A stretch of DNA of 59,371 nucleotides. Source: an archaeon (lineage in GTDB: Archaea; Micrarchaeota; Micrarchaeia; Norongarragalinales; UBA97). This document shows, piece by piece, positions 28,958 to 38,976 of the stretch. Within the stretch, counting starts at the first letter, position 1; each line of letters opens with the position of its first letter. The DNA is taken from the NCBI GenBank assembly GCA_020057405.1, contig JAGVFW010000007.1, positions 1 to 59,371 of the forward strand, written 5' to 3'. The notes under the pieces were generated by a model. It saw nothing but the letters and a program-made list of their open reading frames with translations, ran no database searches and had not been told where the DNA came from. The position numbers were made by a program, and so were the translations under genes.

Positions 28958-29956
28958 ATGGATTTCTATTCTGCCGCGTTGGTTGTTGGCGAAATCGTCG
29001 GCGTAATGCTTGCGGCATTCGTTGTCGGCAAGTTTCTCTACAAGATTTTCCTCTCGCTTGCAAAGCGACTAACTGCAGCGACTAAGACTAACCTCGATGA
29101 CTTCATTTTGCAGGCAGTCGAAGGCCCGCTTGAGGCGGTATTCATAGTGCTCGTTGTTTTCCTTGCATCTGACTACCTTGCAAACGTCGAGTTTGTCGGA
29201 AACCTGATTTTGAGTTACTCGTACGCAATCACGATATTGCTAGCAGCCTACCTGTTGGCGGAAGTTGTCGGCGCGGTTCTGCGCTGGTACTATGAAGAGG
29301 GCCGGGCGCACTCTCGCTTCAAGATGGATGTCACCCTGCTTCCGTTCCTCCGAAAAGTTAGCCGGGGGGTCATCCTCATCCTCGGAATCACTTCGGCCCT
29401 CGCGGTAGTTGGCTTTGACATCAGTGGCGTAATCGCTGTTGCCAGCGTAACTTCACTCATATTAGGTCTTGCCTCGCAGGAGACGCTTGCAAACATCTTC
29501 GCAGGTCTTGCCCTGCAGCTTGACCGGCAGGTAGTCTACGGCGAGTACCTGCGCTTTACGAGCGGCGAAGTCGCGAGGCTCAAGCACATAGGCGTTCGAA
29601 GCACGCAGCTCGATGACGGCAACGGCAGCATCATCGTCATTTCAAACAGCGAGTTTGCAAAACAGCGCCTCACCAACCTCTCGCGGCCGGTCCAGTCGTT
29701 CAAGTCGTCCCTGCAGGTGGCGCTACCGCTAAAGAAAGGCGTTTTCGCAAGGTTTGAGAAATTCATCGCTGGTGAAGTCAAGTCCTCAAAGCTTGCGGGC
29801 CTGAAGGCCGATTCGTGCGAAGTCAGGCTTGACCACGTGGGCGTTGAGGCACTAACGGCCACCGTTTCTTTCTGGGTTGAGGACTACCCTTCATTGGCTG
29901 CGGCCAAGGACTTTATCAACCGCCGCGCGCTCGCGTTTGTCGAGGGAGCGAAGTGA
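28958..29956 (+). CDS. mscS: Small-conductance mechanosensitive channel (MscS family)
   Basis: TM helices; GLASQETLANIFAG, IGVRST...ISNS motifs. Confidence 0.9.
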   Translation: MDFYSAALVVGEIVGVMLAAFVVGKFLYKIFLSLAKRLTAATKTNLDDFILQAVEGPLEAVFIVLVVFLASDYLANVEFVGNLILSYSYAITILLAAYLLAEVVGAVLRWYYEEGRAHSRFKMDVTLLPFLRKVSRGVILILGITSALAVVGFDISGVIAVASVTSLILGLASQETLANIFAGLALQLDRQVVYGEYLRFTSGEVARLKHIGVRSTQLDDGNGSIIVISNSEFAKQRLTNLSRPVQSFKSSLQVALPLKKGVFARFEKFIAGEVKSSKLAGLKADSCEVRLDHVGVEALTATVSFWVEDYPSLAAAKDFINRRALAFVEGAK

Positions 29957-31264
29957 ACCGCGCTTTGGGCTTTGCTTCCGCTTCTTGCCGACCCACTTGA
30001 CTTTCAAAAAGTGAGTCGAGCACGAGAAGCACGGGTCGTAGCTGCGGATTAGCTTCTCAATTTGCATCACGAGCGTCTTGTCGTCTCCCACAAGCAGGCT
30101 TGGCAGGATTGCGCGAATGTCCTCCTCCATCTTGCGCAGGTTCTGCGCGGTGGGCGTGACGATGTTTGCAAAATCGATTTTTCCCTCAGCAGTGATGACG
30201 TACTCGTGCCAGAGGATTCCTCTGGGGACTTCAGTTGCCGAAATTCCGCGCGACTCGTACGGGGTAAACTCGACGATGGGCTCGGGTTTGATTGACTTAA
30301 GCTGCCTGCAGATGCCTGCCGCCTCGTCGGCGTAATGCACGAGCTCAAGGGCTTGTGCGAAGTTGTTGACGTAAGGATTGTAGTCCGGGAAAAGCACGCC
30401 CGTGTCTTTTGCAATCGCCCGTGCCTTTGGCGAGAGGAAGCGGAAGTTGTTGTTGATGCGGGCAAGGGCACCGACGAAGTAAGTCTTTCCTTCCTTGACG
30501 ACGAAATTGGCGGTCGAGTAAGGCTCGTGGTATTCGGCGATGTAGCTGGCGTAGTCGTCCGGCGAAAACATTCGCGTCTCGCTTTTTAGGTTGCTTGAAA
30601 ACATCGGGTAGTCGACGCCGTTGTAAAGCGAGAAACTGTCGGCAGGTGCTTCGAAGTCGGGGTTTTTCAGGCCGCCAAACAGCCGCGCGGTTGCCTCGAC
30701 GTCAGGGGCGATGCCCTTTAGCTGTTCCTGCAAGTAAGCCATCTTCTCGGCTGGCGGGAATTTGAGGAACCCGCCGATTGCGGCTGACACGGGATGCAAG
30801 TCGCGGCCGCCGACGGTGCGGATGATTTCGTTGCCGGCCTTCATCATCCGAAGGGCGCTTTTTACCTGCGGCTTGTACTTTGGCAGCATGCTGAAAACCG
30901 ACTCGTGACCAAGGTAGTCCGGCAGGGCGAGGAAGTAGAGGTGCGTCGCGTGGCTCCGGATGCGCTCGCCGATTGCGAGGAGCTTGCGCAACTGCATCGT
31001 CTGCTTTGACGGCACGACGCCGAACGCGTTCTCAACCGCGTGAATGGCGCCAAGAGTGTGCGCGCAGCTGCAGATGCCGCAAATGCGCGAGCTCAGTTCG
31101 GAAGCCTCGTAGTAATACCGTCCTTTGAGTATTCCCTCGAAATAGCGTGACCCCTCAATCGACGATAGGTGGCACTGCTTGACCTTGCCCGCGTCCACTT
31201 CTAGGGTGAGCGTGGCATGGCCCTCGATTTTAGTCAAGTGGCTAAGGCTTATTGTTTGCGGCAC
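29891..31264 (-). CDS. Group 3b [NiFe]-hydrogenase large (alpha) subunit
   Basis: KIEGH, L1 RICGICSCAH, PRG.L.H, L2 DPCFSCSTH plus a C-terminal extension. Confidence 0.93.
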   Translation of the reverse strand: MPQTISLSHLTKIEGHATLTLEVDAGKVKQCHLSSIEGSRYFEGILKGRYYYEASELSSRICGICSCAHTLGAIHAVENAFGVVPSKQTMQLRKLLAIGERIRSHATHLYFLALPDYLGHESVFSMLPKYKPQVKSALRMMKAGNEIIRTVGGRDLHPVSAAIGGFLKFPPAEKMAYLQEQLKGIAPDVEATARLFGGLKNPDFEAPADSFSLYNGVDYPMFSSNLKSETRMFSPDDYASYIAEYHEPYSTANFVVKEGKTYFVGALARINNNFRFLSPKARAIAKDTGVLFPDYNPYVNNFAQALELVHYADEAAGICRQLKSIKPEPIVEFTPYESRGISATEVPRGILWHEYVITAEGKIDFANIVTPTAQNLRKMEEDIRAILPSLLVGDDKTLVMQIEKLIRSYDPCFSCSTHFLKVKWVGKKRKQSPKRGSLRSLDKRERAAVDKVLGRSQ

Positions 31265-32087
31265 GGAAAATTATCTCCACTTCAGCAGGCATTTTCAGCC
31301 CGGCGAACATCCTCATCCTGTCGCGGATGAACTCCTTCGAATAACCTTTTTCCTCAAGCAGCTTCACCATTGCCGGCACATTCGCGTCGTCTGTGAGGCC
31401 CCGGCAACCCCAGCACTCAAACCCGCCATTGACGCAAACGGCGTTGCAGCCTCCCCGCGTGACGGGACCGAGGCACGGCTTTCCGGACTCGAGGAGGCAC
31501 GCGTTGTTGTTGCGGCGGCATTCAATGCACACCGGGTTGTTGAACGTCTTGGGTTTGTTGCCCCCGACGATGTCTGTGATGAATGAGAGGATTTCCCGCT
31601 TGTCGGGCGGGCAGCCCGGAATGGTGTGATCGATTTTCACGTAGTCGTCAACCGGGCTTGGGTTTATGTCCTCGATACCCCGGTCTTTTACGTAAAGAAG
31701 GTGCTCGTAGTTTTCCTTCAGCGTGAAGTTCCTGTAGGCTGGCACGCAGCCCGTGTGCGCGCAGGCGCCCAATGCCACGAGGACTTTGGTCCTCTCGCGC
31801 AGCTTTTGGAGCGTCTCAAGGTCGTTTCGCGACGCGACTAACCCCTCGACGAAGAGAAAGTCGAAGTCCCGCTCGATGTTACGCTCGCGCACGAACGGAA
31901 ATGCGGTCACGTCGATGATTTCAACGAGCCGCAGGATTTCATCCTCGTTAAAGAGCACGCTAAGCTGGCAGCCAGCGCAGCCGGTGAGGCCAAAGAAGCC
32001 GACGCGCAATTTTGGGTTAGTGTCAGTTGGCTTGGGCCAGAAGACCGGGCCTGCCGGGGCGGCGTGAACTTGCGTTTGTTCAGTCAC
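31242..32087 (-). CDS. Group 3b hydrogenase small (delta) subunit
   Basis: GCAGC, GACA..G, PGCPP, VCIEC...CLGPVT.GGC.A.C...C.GC.G. Confidence 0.92.
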   Translation of the reverse strand: MTEQTQVHAAPAGPVFWPKPTDTNPKLRVGFFGLTGCAGCQLSVLFNEDEILRLVEIIDVTAFPFVRERNIERDFDFLFVEGLVASRNDLETLQKLRERTKVLVALGACAHTGCVPAYRNFTLKENYEHLLYVKDRGIEDINPSPVDDYVKIDHTIPGCPPDKREILSFITDIVGGNKPKTFNNPVCIECRRNNNACLLESGKPCLGPVTRGGCNAVCVNGGFECWGCRGLTDDANVPAMVKLLEEKGYSKEFIRDRMRMFAGLKMPAEVEIIFRAANNKP

Positions 32088-32935
32088 TCTTGAATCCCCC
32101 CGATTTCATCATACCTAAAGACCGGCCCGTCGATGCAGGTGAACTTCTCGCGAATCATGCAGTGGCAGCACTTGCCGATGGCGCAGTACATCAGGCGCTC
32201 GGCGCTTACGAAAATCTGGTCGTCGTGAAAGCCCTTTGCGTGCAGCACTTGCGCAGCGGCAGCCATCATCTTGGGCGGGCCGCACATGAAAGCCACGCTG
32301 CCGTCCTTCTCAAGCGACGCTTTCTCAAGCATTGCCGTCACAAAACCCACGTTTCCCTCAAAGCACGTGTTGGCCGGGTTCTGGTCGACGCTTAAGCTCA
32401 GGTCAAATTTGTCTTTCCACCTATTGTGGTGCTCCTTGAAGAGCAGGTCTTCGGGAGTCCTGCATCCGAAGAACAACTGGATTTTGCCGTAATCCGCACG
32501 GTGGCGTTCGACATACTCGATAATCCCCTTGAGGGGCGCGATGCCGCAGCCGCCGCCAATCATGATTAGGTTGTTGCCCTTGAGTTCCTTGACGGGATAC
32601 CCTTTGCCGTACGGCCCGCGGATGTAGACCGTGTCGCCCTTGCGAAGCTCGGCGAGGGCGTTAGTCATGTTGCCAACTTGCTTGATGTTGAGTTCCAGCT
32701 CCTCGCCCGAATACGAGCTGATTGAGATGGGGCATTCGCCAACGCGGGGGAGAGTCACCTGCACGAATTGGCCCGGCTCGTGTACGAGCTTGGCCGATAG
32801 CTTTAGAGTGTAAGTGTCGGTAGTCTGGCGTTCAAACTTGGTTACCTTACATTCGGTGGGCATGAACGGGTTGCTTACCGTCAGGGCGATTGCTTTCTTG
32901 GCCGTGCGGGCCCGCGGTTTGCTTTTAGTTTCCAT
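32084..32935 (-). CDS. Group 3b hydrogenase gamma subunit (FAD/NAD(P)-binding, 2Fe-2S)
   Basis: PGQF, RGPYG.G, GGGCG.APL, CGPP.M, C.IGKC.HC...C.DGPVF. Confidence 0.92.
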   Translation of the reverse strand: METKSKPRARTAKKAIALTVSNPFMPTECKVTKFERQTTDTYTLKLSAKLVHEPGQFVQVTLPRVGECPISISSYSGEELELNIKQVGNMTNALAELRKGDTVYIRGPYGKGYPVKELKGNNLIMIGGGCGIAPLKGIIEYVERHRADYGKIQLFFGCRTPEDLLFKEHHNRWKDKFDLSLSVDQNPANTCFEGNVGFVTAMLEKASLEKDGSVAFMCGPPKMMAAAAQVLHAKGFHDDQIFVSAERLMYCAIGKCCHCMIREKFTCIDGPVFRYDEIGGIQE

Positions 32936-33906
32936 TACGCCTTCATCTCGTTGATTCCCGTCACGAAGTCAATGCGCGTGGGGCATCCCGTGATGCACCT
33001 GCCGCAGCCGACGCACAAGTTGACTCCGTTCTTTTCCTTGAAGTAGTCGAGCTGGTGGAATATGCGGTGCTTGAACCGGTCCTCGCGGCTCTCGCGGTAG
33101 ACGAAACCCCCGGAGACTTTGGTGAATTCCTTGAGTTGGCAGGACGACCACTCGCGCACGCGCTCGGAACTCTCGTCCTGCAAGGAAGGCACTTCGCGAA
33201 GCTCGAAGCAATAGCAAGTCGGGCAAAGCGTGGTGCATGCCCCGCAGCTAAGGCAGGCGTCGACCATGGGCTTCCAACCCGGATTGTCGTAGACGCCCGA
33301 AATGTCCTTGACTTTGAGCTTGTCCACGCCTTCAATGAACCTGTCCTCGTCGGTCACCGCGTAGTCGGACGCGGTGAAGAATTTTTTGAATTTCTTGAGG
33401 AAAGCCGCGCCCTTGCCGCTGCCAACCTGGACGAGGTAGGCTTCGCCGCGGTCGAAAAACATGAGGTCGTGGAAGTCCTTGAGGTCAAGCGAGCCACAAA
33501 AACAGTGTTCGCTAGGTGCTTCGTTGCAGTGGAATCCGATGAGTAGCGAGTCCTCCCGTTGGGCCGCGTAGTACGGGTCGGCAACGCCTGACGAGAAGAC
33601 CATGTCCTGGTGCAGCACGCCGTTTAAGTCGCACCTCCGAACGCCGAAGAACACGCGCTTTGGCGCCTTCTTTAGGGGCGCGGTGAAGCGCTTGCCGTCA
33701 AACTTGAGTATTACTTCGTGCTTGCGGAAGAAAAATTCCTTTAGGGGAAAGAAAGGCTGTTCGTCAAGGCAAATTTTTGCAGGGTCACTAACGGCCTCGA
33801 AGCGCACGATATCCGTCCGGACGGGCGCAATCAGCTCGAAGTCTCCGGCGATTGCCGATAGGAATGGATTGAGGTTTGCCCTGTTCATTGAGTAGGCTGC
33901 CGTCAT
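32935..33906 (-). CDS. Group 3b hydrogenase beta subunit (4Fe-4S)
   Basis: CLSCGACTTLCPTCYC and CVGCGRC...CP; probable ATG at 33906. Confidence 0.9.
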   Translation of the reverse strand: MTAAYSMNRANLNPFLSAIAGDFELIAPVRTDIVRFEAVSDPAKICLDEQPFFPLKEFFFRKHEVILKFDGKRFTAPLKKAPKRVFFGVRRCDLNGVLHQDMVFSSGVADPYYAAQREDSLLIGFHCNEAPSEHCFCGSLDLKDFHDLMFFDRGEAYLVQVGSGKGAAFLKKFKKFFTASDYAVTDEDRFIEGVDKLKVKDISGVYDNPGWKPMVDACLSCGACTTLCPTCYCFELREVPSLQDESSERVREWSSCQLKEFTKVSGGFVYRESREDRFKHRIFHQLDYFKEKNGVNLCVGCGRCITGCPTRIDFVTGINEMKA

Positions 33907-33991
33907 CTTCTCACTCACGAGGGCAATTACCGAGCCAGCGAATTTAACGGTTTGCAACGGGTATAAATGGCAAAATGCCTTTTACTCAAGC

Positions 33992-34318
33992 ATGCACGAT
34001 GCGGTGATGGCGGTCCAGATTACGGCGGCAGTCAAGAAAAGCGCCAAAGGAAAGCCAGTCAAGTCCGTCACGTTATTGCTTGGCGAGTACTCTGGCTTTG
34101 AGAACCACGACATCAAGGGCGCACTCGAGGCCGTTTCAGGCTGGAAAGTCAGGGTTGAAATCGAGAAGGCGTCGGCCAAGTGCTCGTGCGGCTTTACGGG
34201 CCGGCCGAAGCTCCTTGAGCGCGGCCACGACTTTTGCCTCTACGAGTGCCCCAAGTGCGGCAAAGTGCCGAAGCTAGTCGAGGGCGGCGAGATTGCAGTT
34301 AAGGAAGTGGTTTGCTGA
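33992..34318 (+). CDS. hypA: Hydrogenase nickel chaperone HypA
   Basis: MHD N-terminus; C.C and CPKC zinc ligands; GGE..V. Confidence 0.8.
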   Translation: MHDAVMAVQITAAVKKSAKGKPVKSVTLLLGEYSGFENHDIKGALEAVSGWKVRVEIEKASAKCSCGFTGRPKLLERGHDFCLYECPKCGKVPKLVEGGEIAVKEVVC

Positions 34319-34527
34319 TGTGCCTGGCTTATCCCGGAAAGATTATTGGAATAAAAGGCGATTCCGCAACCGTTGACTACGGGTCGGAAAAACGCGTGGC
34401 AAAGTTAATTGAGCGCAAGTACAAAGTAGGCGACTATGTCGTCGTGCAGGGAAAAGTCGTTATCGAGAAGATTCCGACGAGGGACGCGGTGAAGTGGCTT
34501 GAAACAATCAAAAACGGCACCTGCTAG
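34318..34527 (+). CDS. hypC: HypC/HupF chaperone
   Basis: MCLAYPGK...VGDYVVV.G; TGATG coupling to hypA. Confidence 0.85.
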   Translation: MCLAYPGKIIGIKGDSATVDYGSEKRVAKLIERKYKVGDYVVVQGKVVIEKIPTRDAVKWLETIKNGTC

Positions 34528-35020
34528 ACGCGGCAGCGGCGGGGAGCTTCTCCCTGAAGTTTACTTCCTGCGCTACGCCTTTCCCTGCACGTTCGTCATC
34601 AAGATGCGAGGCCAGGTTGACGACGCAACTTTTCAGCTGCTTGAGAAAAACGCGATTGACGGCAAGCCCGTTGCCAGAACAGTCCTAGAGCGCGTTTACA
34701 AAAAGGCATTTGCGCGCATGAAGCAGGTCGCAAAAGACCTGGGCAAGGCAAGTTATTGGGACAACGAAGTCATTCGCGAGTATTTTGTCAACCGCCACAA
34801 CCCGATGATTGCCCGCGACCCGGAGTATGAGTCCGCGCCCGAGTCAATCCGCGAGCTTTGCAAGACGGTAACCGCCAAGATTGTCGAAAAACGCGACGGC
34901 TTTCTCATCGTGAAGTACGGCGCGGGCAAGACGCGCGTCGTTGGTTCAGTCTTCGTTCCCGAAGCTAAAGTCGGTGACGAAGTAATACTCCACTACGGGT
35001 TTGCAATAGAGAAAGCCTAA
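34499..35020 (+). CDS. Hydrogenase-associated protein with C-terminal HypC-like OB fold (DUF6390-like)
   Basis: FLRYAFPC N-terminal motif; VGDEVILHYGFAIEK C-terminus. Confidence 0.6.
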   Translation: MKQSKTAPARRGSGGELLPEVYFLRYAFPCTFVIKMRGQVDDATFQLLEKNAIDGKPVARTVLERVYKKAFARMKQVAKDLGKASYWDNEVIREYFVNRHNPMIARDPEYESAPESIRELCKTVTAKIVEKRDGFLIVKYGAGKTRVVGSVFVPEAKVGDEVILHYGFAIEKA

Positions 35021-35916
35021 GCCCGGATTGCGCTTGCCGCCGGAGCGGTTGATTCAACAGACTTTATTGCGAGCACCGCGCCCGCCGCGAGCAGGATTGC
35101 CCCAATCGTCTGGCCGGCGGTTACCTGCGTTCCTGCAAAAGCGTAGTTTAGCGCCGTCGTAATCGGAGAGCCGAGCAGAAGGATGCAAGTCGCGGCAGTT
35201 GCGCTCACGCGCGAGAGGCCGTGGTACCAGGTCCAGTTATAGGCCAAGAGGATTACTGCCGAGGCGGCGATCCACGAGAGCTGGCTGGCCGAAAGCTTCG
35301 CCGCAAGCGAGAGCTCTCCCGTGGCGGCCATGTAGATGGCGACGAAAACCGCGCCAAAGAACATGCGGCCAAAGGCCAGGGCGCCGGGTTGGATTTCGGC
35401 AAGCAAGTGCTTTGAAAAAGTGTTTTCAACTGCCCACAAGACTGTCGCCGCAAGAATAAGCAAGTTGCCGGCAGTCAACGCGGCCGGAGCGCCGCCTAGG
35501 AACAGGAAGTTGCCGGCAAGCAGGGCGGCTGCGGCCGCAAGCATTTTCTTGTCAAGCTTTTCCTTGAGGAAAACGACTGCAAGGGCCGCCACGAAGACGA
35601 ACATGGTCTTTTGGATGAATGCTGATTCGGCACTCGTCGTCAGCTGGAGGCCGCGGAAGAAAAGCAGGAACGGTATTGAACCCCCTACGAGGCCGACGGC
35701 CGTCAAGGAAGCCCACTGGCGCTTTGAGAGCCCGACGATGCTGGCGAAATTGCGTTGCAGCAGGATGATTGCGGCTAGGCTGGCCGCGACGAGAATGCCC
35801 CTGGCGAGGACGTAGAGGTCCGAGTTTATTCCCGCAACGCCGAACTTGTTGAGGAAAATCGAGGCGCCGCTGATGCCTGCGGTTGCCAAAACAAGCGCAA
35901 GTCCGTTCTTGTCCAC
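35017..35916 (-). CDS. EamA/DMT family transporter
   Basis: ~10 TM in two repeats; FLKEK motif. Confidence 0.88.
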   Translation of the reverse strand: MDKNGLALVLATAGISGASIFLNKFGVAGINSDLYVLARGILVAASLAAIILLQRNFASIVGLSKRQWASLTAVGLVGGSIPFLLFFRGLQLTTSAESAFIQKTMFVFVAALAVVFLKEKLDKKMLAAAAALLAGNFLFLGGAPAALTAGNLLILAATVLWAVENTFSKHLLAEIQPGALAFGRMFFGAVFVAIYMAATGELSLAAKLSASQLSWIAASAVILLAYNWTWYHGLSRVSATAATCILLLGSPITTALNYAFAGTQVTAGQTIGAILLAAGAVLAIKSVESTAPAASAIRA

Positions 35917-35966
35917 GAAATGCTTACTGAAGCAAGATTTAAGTTGCTTTCGAGCGTAGGAGGCTA

Positions 35967-36362
35967 GTGGCCAAGCTCAAAAACCGGTTCGTGCTGGTTT
36001 TCGGCAATCCTTTTATCAAAGGCGATGCCACCGGCCCCGGGCTTTCACATTTTCTTGAGAAAAAAGGCTTTACCGTAATCAAGTGCTCTGCTGCCGACGA
36101 GCTCCTTTTCTATCTCGACCGCGACTTTGCAATCCTAGACGCGGCGAAAGGAATACGGAAGACGACGCTCTTTTCCGACGCAGAAAGCATCGCGGCGGGC
36201 AAGCTTGTCTCACTCCACGATTTTGACCTGGGTTTTTTCCTCAAGCTCTTGGCGAAGACAGGGCTAAAAAAGAAAGTCAGGATAATCGCGGTTCCCTACG
36301 GTTCAAGGCCCGCTGATGTCGAGGACGACGTGGCCGCGGCTTTGGAAAAGGCCTTCAAGTAA
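35967..36362 (+). CDS. Hydrogenase maturation protease-like (HycI/HyaD)
   Basis: VFGNP...D, ILDAA, SLHD motifs. Confidence 0.75.
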   Translation: MAKLKNRFVLVFGNPFIKGDATGPGLSHFLEKKGFTVIKCSAADELLFYLDRDFAILDAAKGIRKTTLFSDAESIAAGKLVSLHDFDLGFFLKLLAKTGLKKKVRIIAVPYGSRPADVEDDVAAALEKAFK

Positions 36363-36443
36363 AGGCAGGAAATTTCCCGAAGCGGGAGTTGCGGGAACGC
36401 CGGTAAATTGACATTATTAAGCGTTGGCCGAGAAAAAACTTTC

Positions 36444-38444
36444 ATGCGATTTGCCGAACGGGCGGCCGGACTGTTTTTTGAGCACAGGCTTCTGGCCTGC
36501 CTCAGCGCCACCCTAGTTGCATTCGCGCTCTACGCCGGGGCAACCCCACTCCTTGCGCTTTCACTCGTCCTCTTTGCAATCCTGCCCGGCTACCTGCTGC
36601 TCTTGCTCATTATCGAGCAAACTGACCTTGAGCGCGTGCTCATGGCCGTGCCGGCAAGCATTGCCTTTGTCAGCGCAGTCACCTTAGTGCCGAACATCTT
36701 GCTCGACGTAAAGTCAGTTGACGCGAATCTCGTCATAATCGAAACGCTTGTGCTGCTTGCCTTGCTTTTTGTCCGCGGGGCCAAGCATACGGCGCGCGAG
36801 TCGACGACGACCGTCGCGATAGTCGTGGTGCTTCTTCTCGCAGCCTCGATTTTCTCCATCCATCTTCTCGGCTCGACGCTTGGCAACGACCTGCCCCTTG
36901 CGGTGCACTCCCTTGACAGCGCGGACCAGATTACCCAAATCCAGTGGAACGCGAAAAGCCACGACAGCACGCTCTCGACGACATACACGTTCGGGGAAAA
37001 AGTGTTTAACACCGCCCTGACCCCGCCTTCGATACTCACGCAGGTGCTCATGGTGCAATTTTCTGGTGCCGAGGCGTGGAACGCCAACGACGCGTTCCTC
37101 CTGCTAATCTACGTGACGATGGTGCTTGGCGTTTTTCTGCTATTCCGCCGCTGCGCGGGAGAGATGGCGGGAATCGCCTGCGCCGTTTCACTCATCGTGC
37201 CGCTAAACCTGCTTTACGTCTCGCCATTCTACTTCGGCCTCTGGCGACTCGTCTTCTCGATGTTCATCATTCCCTTCTTGATTTACTTTAGCCTCGCGTT
37301 TTTTGACGGCCGCGGAAAAGACGCGCCGGCGGCGCTCGCAATTCTATTGTTCGTACTACTCCTGACGCACCCGACCGACATTGTCGCGGCGGCAGCTTCC
37401 CTTGCTTTCGTGGCGGCCTTTGCCATCTCAAGCGGCCGGTACCGCGAGTTCTTTGCACCCGCAGCAGTCGCGGCGCCGGTTTTCATCCTCATTGCTTTCC
37501 CGCTTTTCGTCCAGTACTGGGCTGGTCTCTTCGCGCCCGCTGCTGCATCGTCGGGATTCTTTTCGCTTGGCTTTGATGCCGATAAAGTTTACGGGTCGGT
37601 CCTTGGTCCCACGCTAATCAAGCTCGCCGCGCACTGGCCGGTTCTCCTCGCGGGATTCTTGGTTTCCCTCGCGCTGTTTGTTGCTGCGGTAAGGCGGGGT
37701 CGCGGTGAAGCGCTTGCCGCAGACTGGCGCGTGCACTTGTTCGCAAATCTCGCGATTTGCTTTGGCGCAGCTTTTGGGGCGCTCCCAGTGCTTGGCCAGT
37801 ACATTCCAAAGCTGCGCTACGTCCTGTATTCCGACTTCATCCTGCCGCTGATCGGGTTGGGTGCCTTCTTCATTGCCAAAGAAGCGCTTCGGCAGGCTGG
37901 CGTCCGAAATTCCGCCGCGGCAATGGCTTGCGCTTGCGTCGCCCTGGTGATTCTTGCCGCGCCCTGGGCTTACGGCTTTTACACTCCCGACGAAGGCTGG
38001 CTGAAGGGCAGCGCTGGCGAGATACTGCTTGCCTTGCGTGACCACGTGCCGGACAACGCGAAAGTTTTGTTCCTCACCTACTATTGGCAGCACATGGGCT
38101 GCATTTCGGGCCACTCGTGCTTCCAGGGTTCCCAGGCAGGCCTTGCCGAGATGGCCGCGGCGAACAAGTTCTCAAGGCGTTTCCCGATTGACCCGCCTTG
38201 CTGGCCGGCGATGAAAAAAGTGGGTTTCCTAAACTACGAGCTCGTCCCAAACTGCTCTCCGGGCTTTGACTATGGCAACATCTGCAACTACGACATCATC
38301 GTAGTCGGCCACTTGCCCAGTTACTCAAACTACACGCTTGCCCTCGTTGACAAGCTAAACGGCCACTACGCCTACTTGTACCAAAAGGGCGGCTTTTCGG
38401 TCCAAAAGCGAGTCTCAAGCGACGCAAACTGCTTGCCGGAGTAA
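36444..38444 (+). CDS. Large polytopic membrane protein, possible GT-C glycosyltransferase
   Basis: Many TM helices, DSAD loop motif, LLTHP, C-terminal soluble domain. Confidence 0.55.
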   Translation: MRFAERAAGLFFEHRLLACLSATLVAFALYAGATPLLALSLVLFAILPGYLLLLLIIEQTDLERVLMAVPASIAFVSAVTLVPNILLDVKSVDANLVIIETLVLLALLFVRGAKHTARESTTTVAIVVVLLLAASIFSIHLLGSTLGNDLPLAVHSLDSADQITQIQWNAKSHDSTLSTTYTFGEKVFNTALTPPSILTQVLMVQFSGAEAWNANDAFLLLIYVTMVLGVFLLFRRCAGEMAGIACAVSLIVPLNLLYVSPFYFGLWRLVFSMFIIPFLIYFSLAFFDGRGKDAPAALAILLFVLLLTHPTDIVAAAASLAFVAAFAISSGRYREFFAPAAVAAPVFILIAFPLFVQYWAGLFAPAAASSGFFSLGFDADKVYGSVLGPTLIKLAAHWPVLLAGFLVSLALFVAAVRRGRGEALAADWRVHLFANLAICFGAAFGALPVLGQYIPKLRYVLYSDFILPLIGLGAFFIAKEALRQAGVRNSAAAMACACVALVILAAPWAYGFYTPDEGWLKGSAGEILLALRDHVPDNAKVLFLTYYWQHMGCISGHSCFQGSQAGLAEMAAANKFSRRFPIDPPCWPAMKKVGFLNYELVPNCSPGFDYGNICNYDIIVVGHLPSYSNYTLALVDKLNGHYAYLYQKGGFSVQKRVSSDANCLPE

Positions 38445-38500
38445 CCGGTTGTGCATCAGTTTTAAATCACCAAACGCAGTCAATTTGCTGACTCCCCCCG

Positions 38501-38926
38501 ATGAACAAAGTTTTGCTCAGGATGTTTTACCTCTTGCTCGCCGCAATCGCCTTTTTCGAGCTAGTTTTAAGCAACTTGTTTACCCTCGCGTTTAACCTTG
38601 GTCCGACTGCGCGGACTGCAGGCCTGACTGTGCAGATGGAAATCCTCCGGCTTGCAATCCTCATTGCCTTGGACGCGGCCGCCGGCCTTGGCGCCCTTGC
38701 CGCCTCCGAGGCCGTGCGGCGCCAAGACTCTAGCTTGCTCAAGAAAACCTCGCTCTTGGCATTCATCGGCTTTGGCGTCTACGCGCTCTACCAGCTAGCA
38801 TCCTCTTGGCTGCTTCTTTCCTCCGAGTTTAAGCTTCCCACGGCCTTAGCCGGCCTTGCCTACGGCGCGTTTGGAATCCTGGCGTTCCACTTCGGCCGCA
38901 CGAAATTCCCTCGGCAAGCGGGCTAG
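38501..38926 (+). CDS. Four-TM hypothetical membrane protein
   Basis: Hydrophobicity pattern. Confidence 0.65.
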   Translation: MNKVLLRMFYLLLAAIAFFELVLSNLFTLAFNLGPTARTAGLTVQMEILRLAILIALDAAAGLGALAASEAVRRQDSSLLKKTSLLAFIGFGVYALYQLASSWLLLSSEFKLPTALAGLAYGAFGILAFHFGRTKFPRQAG

Positions 38927-38976
38927 CCCCCAAAACCACCTTCTTTTAAATAATGCCGTTGCGTGAGTGTAAACAA

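Noticed and set aside
29891-29956. 66-bp convergent overlap of mscS and the hydrogenase large subunit
   Set aside because: It falls in the C-terminal extension removed during maturation; probably tolerated stop-codon drift.
33940-33970. 10-bp-spaced AACGG repeats in the hydrogenase/hypA divergent promoter
   Set aside because: Too short and degenerate to support as an operator.
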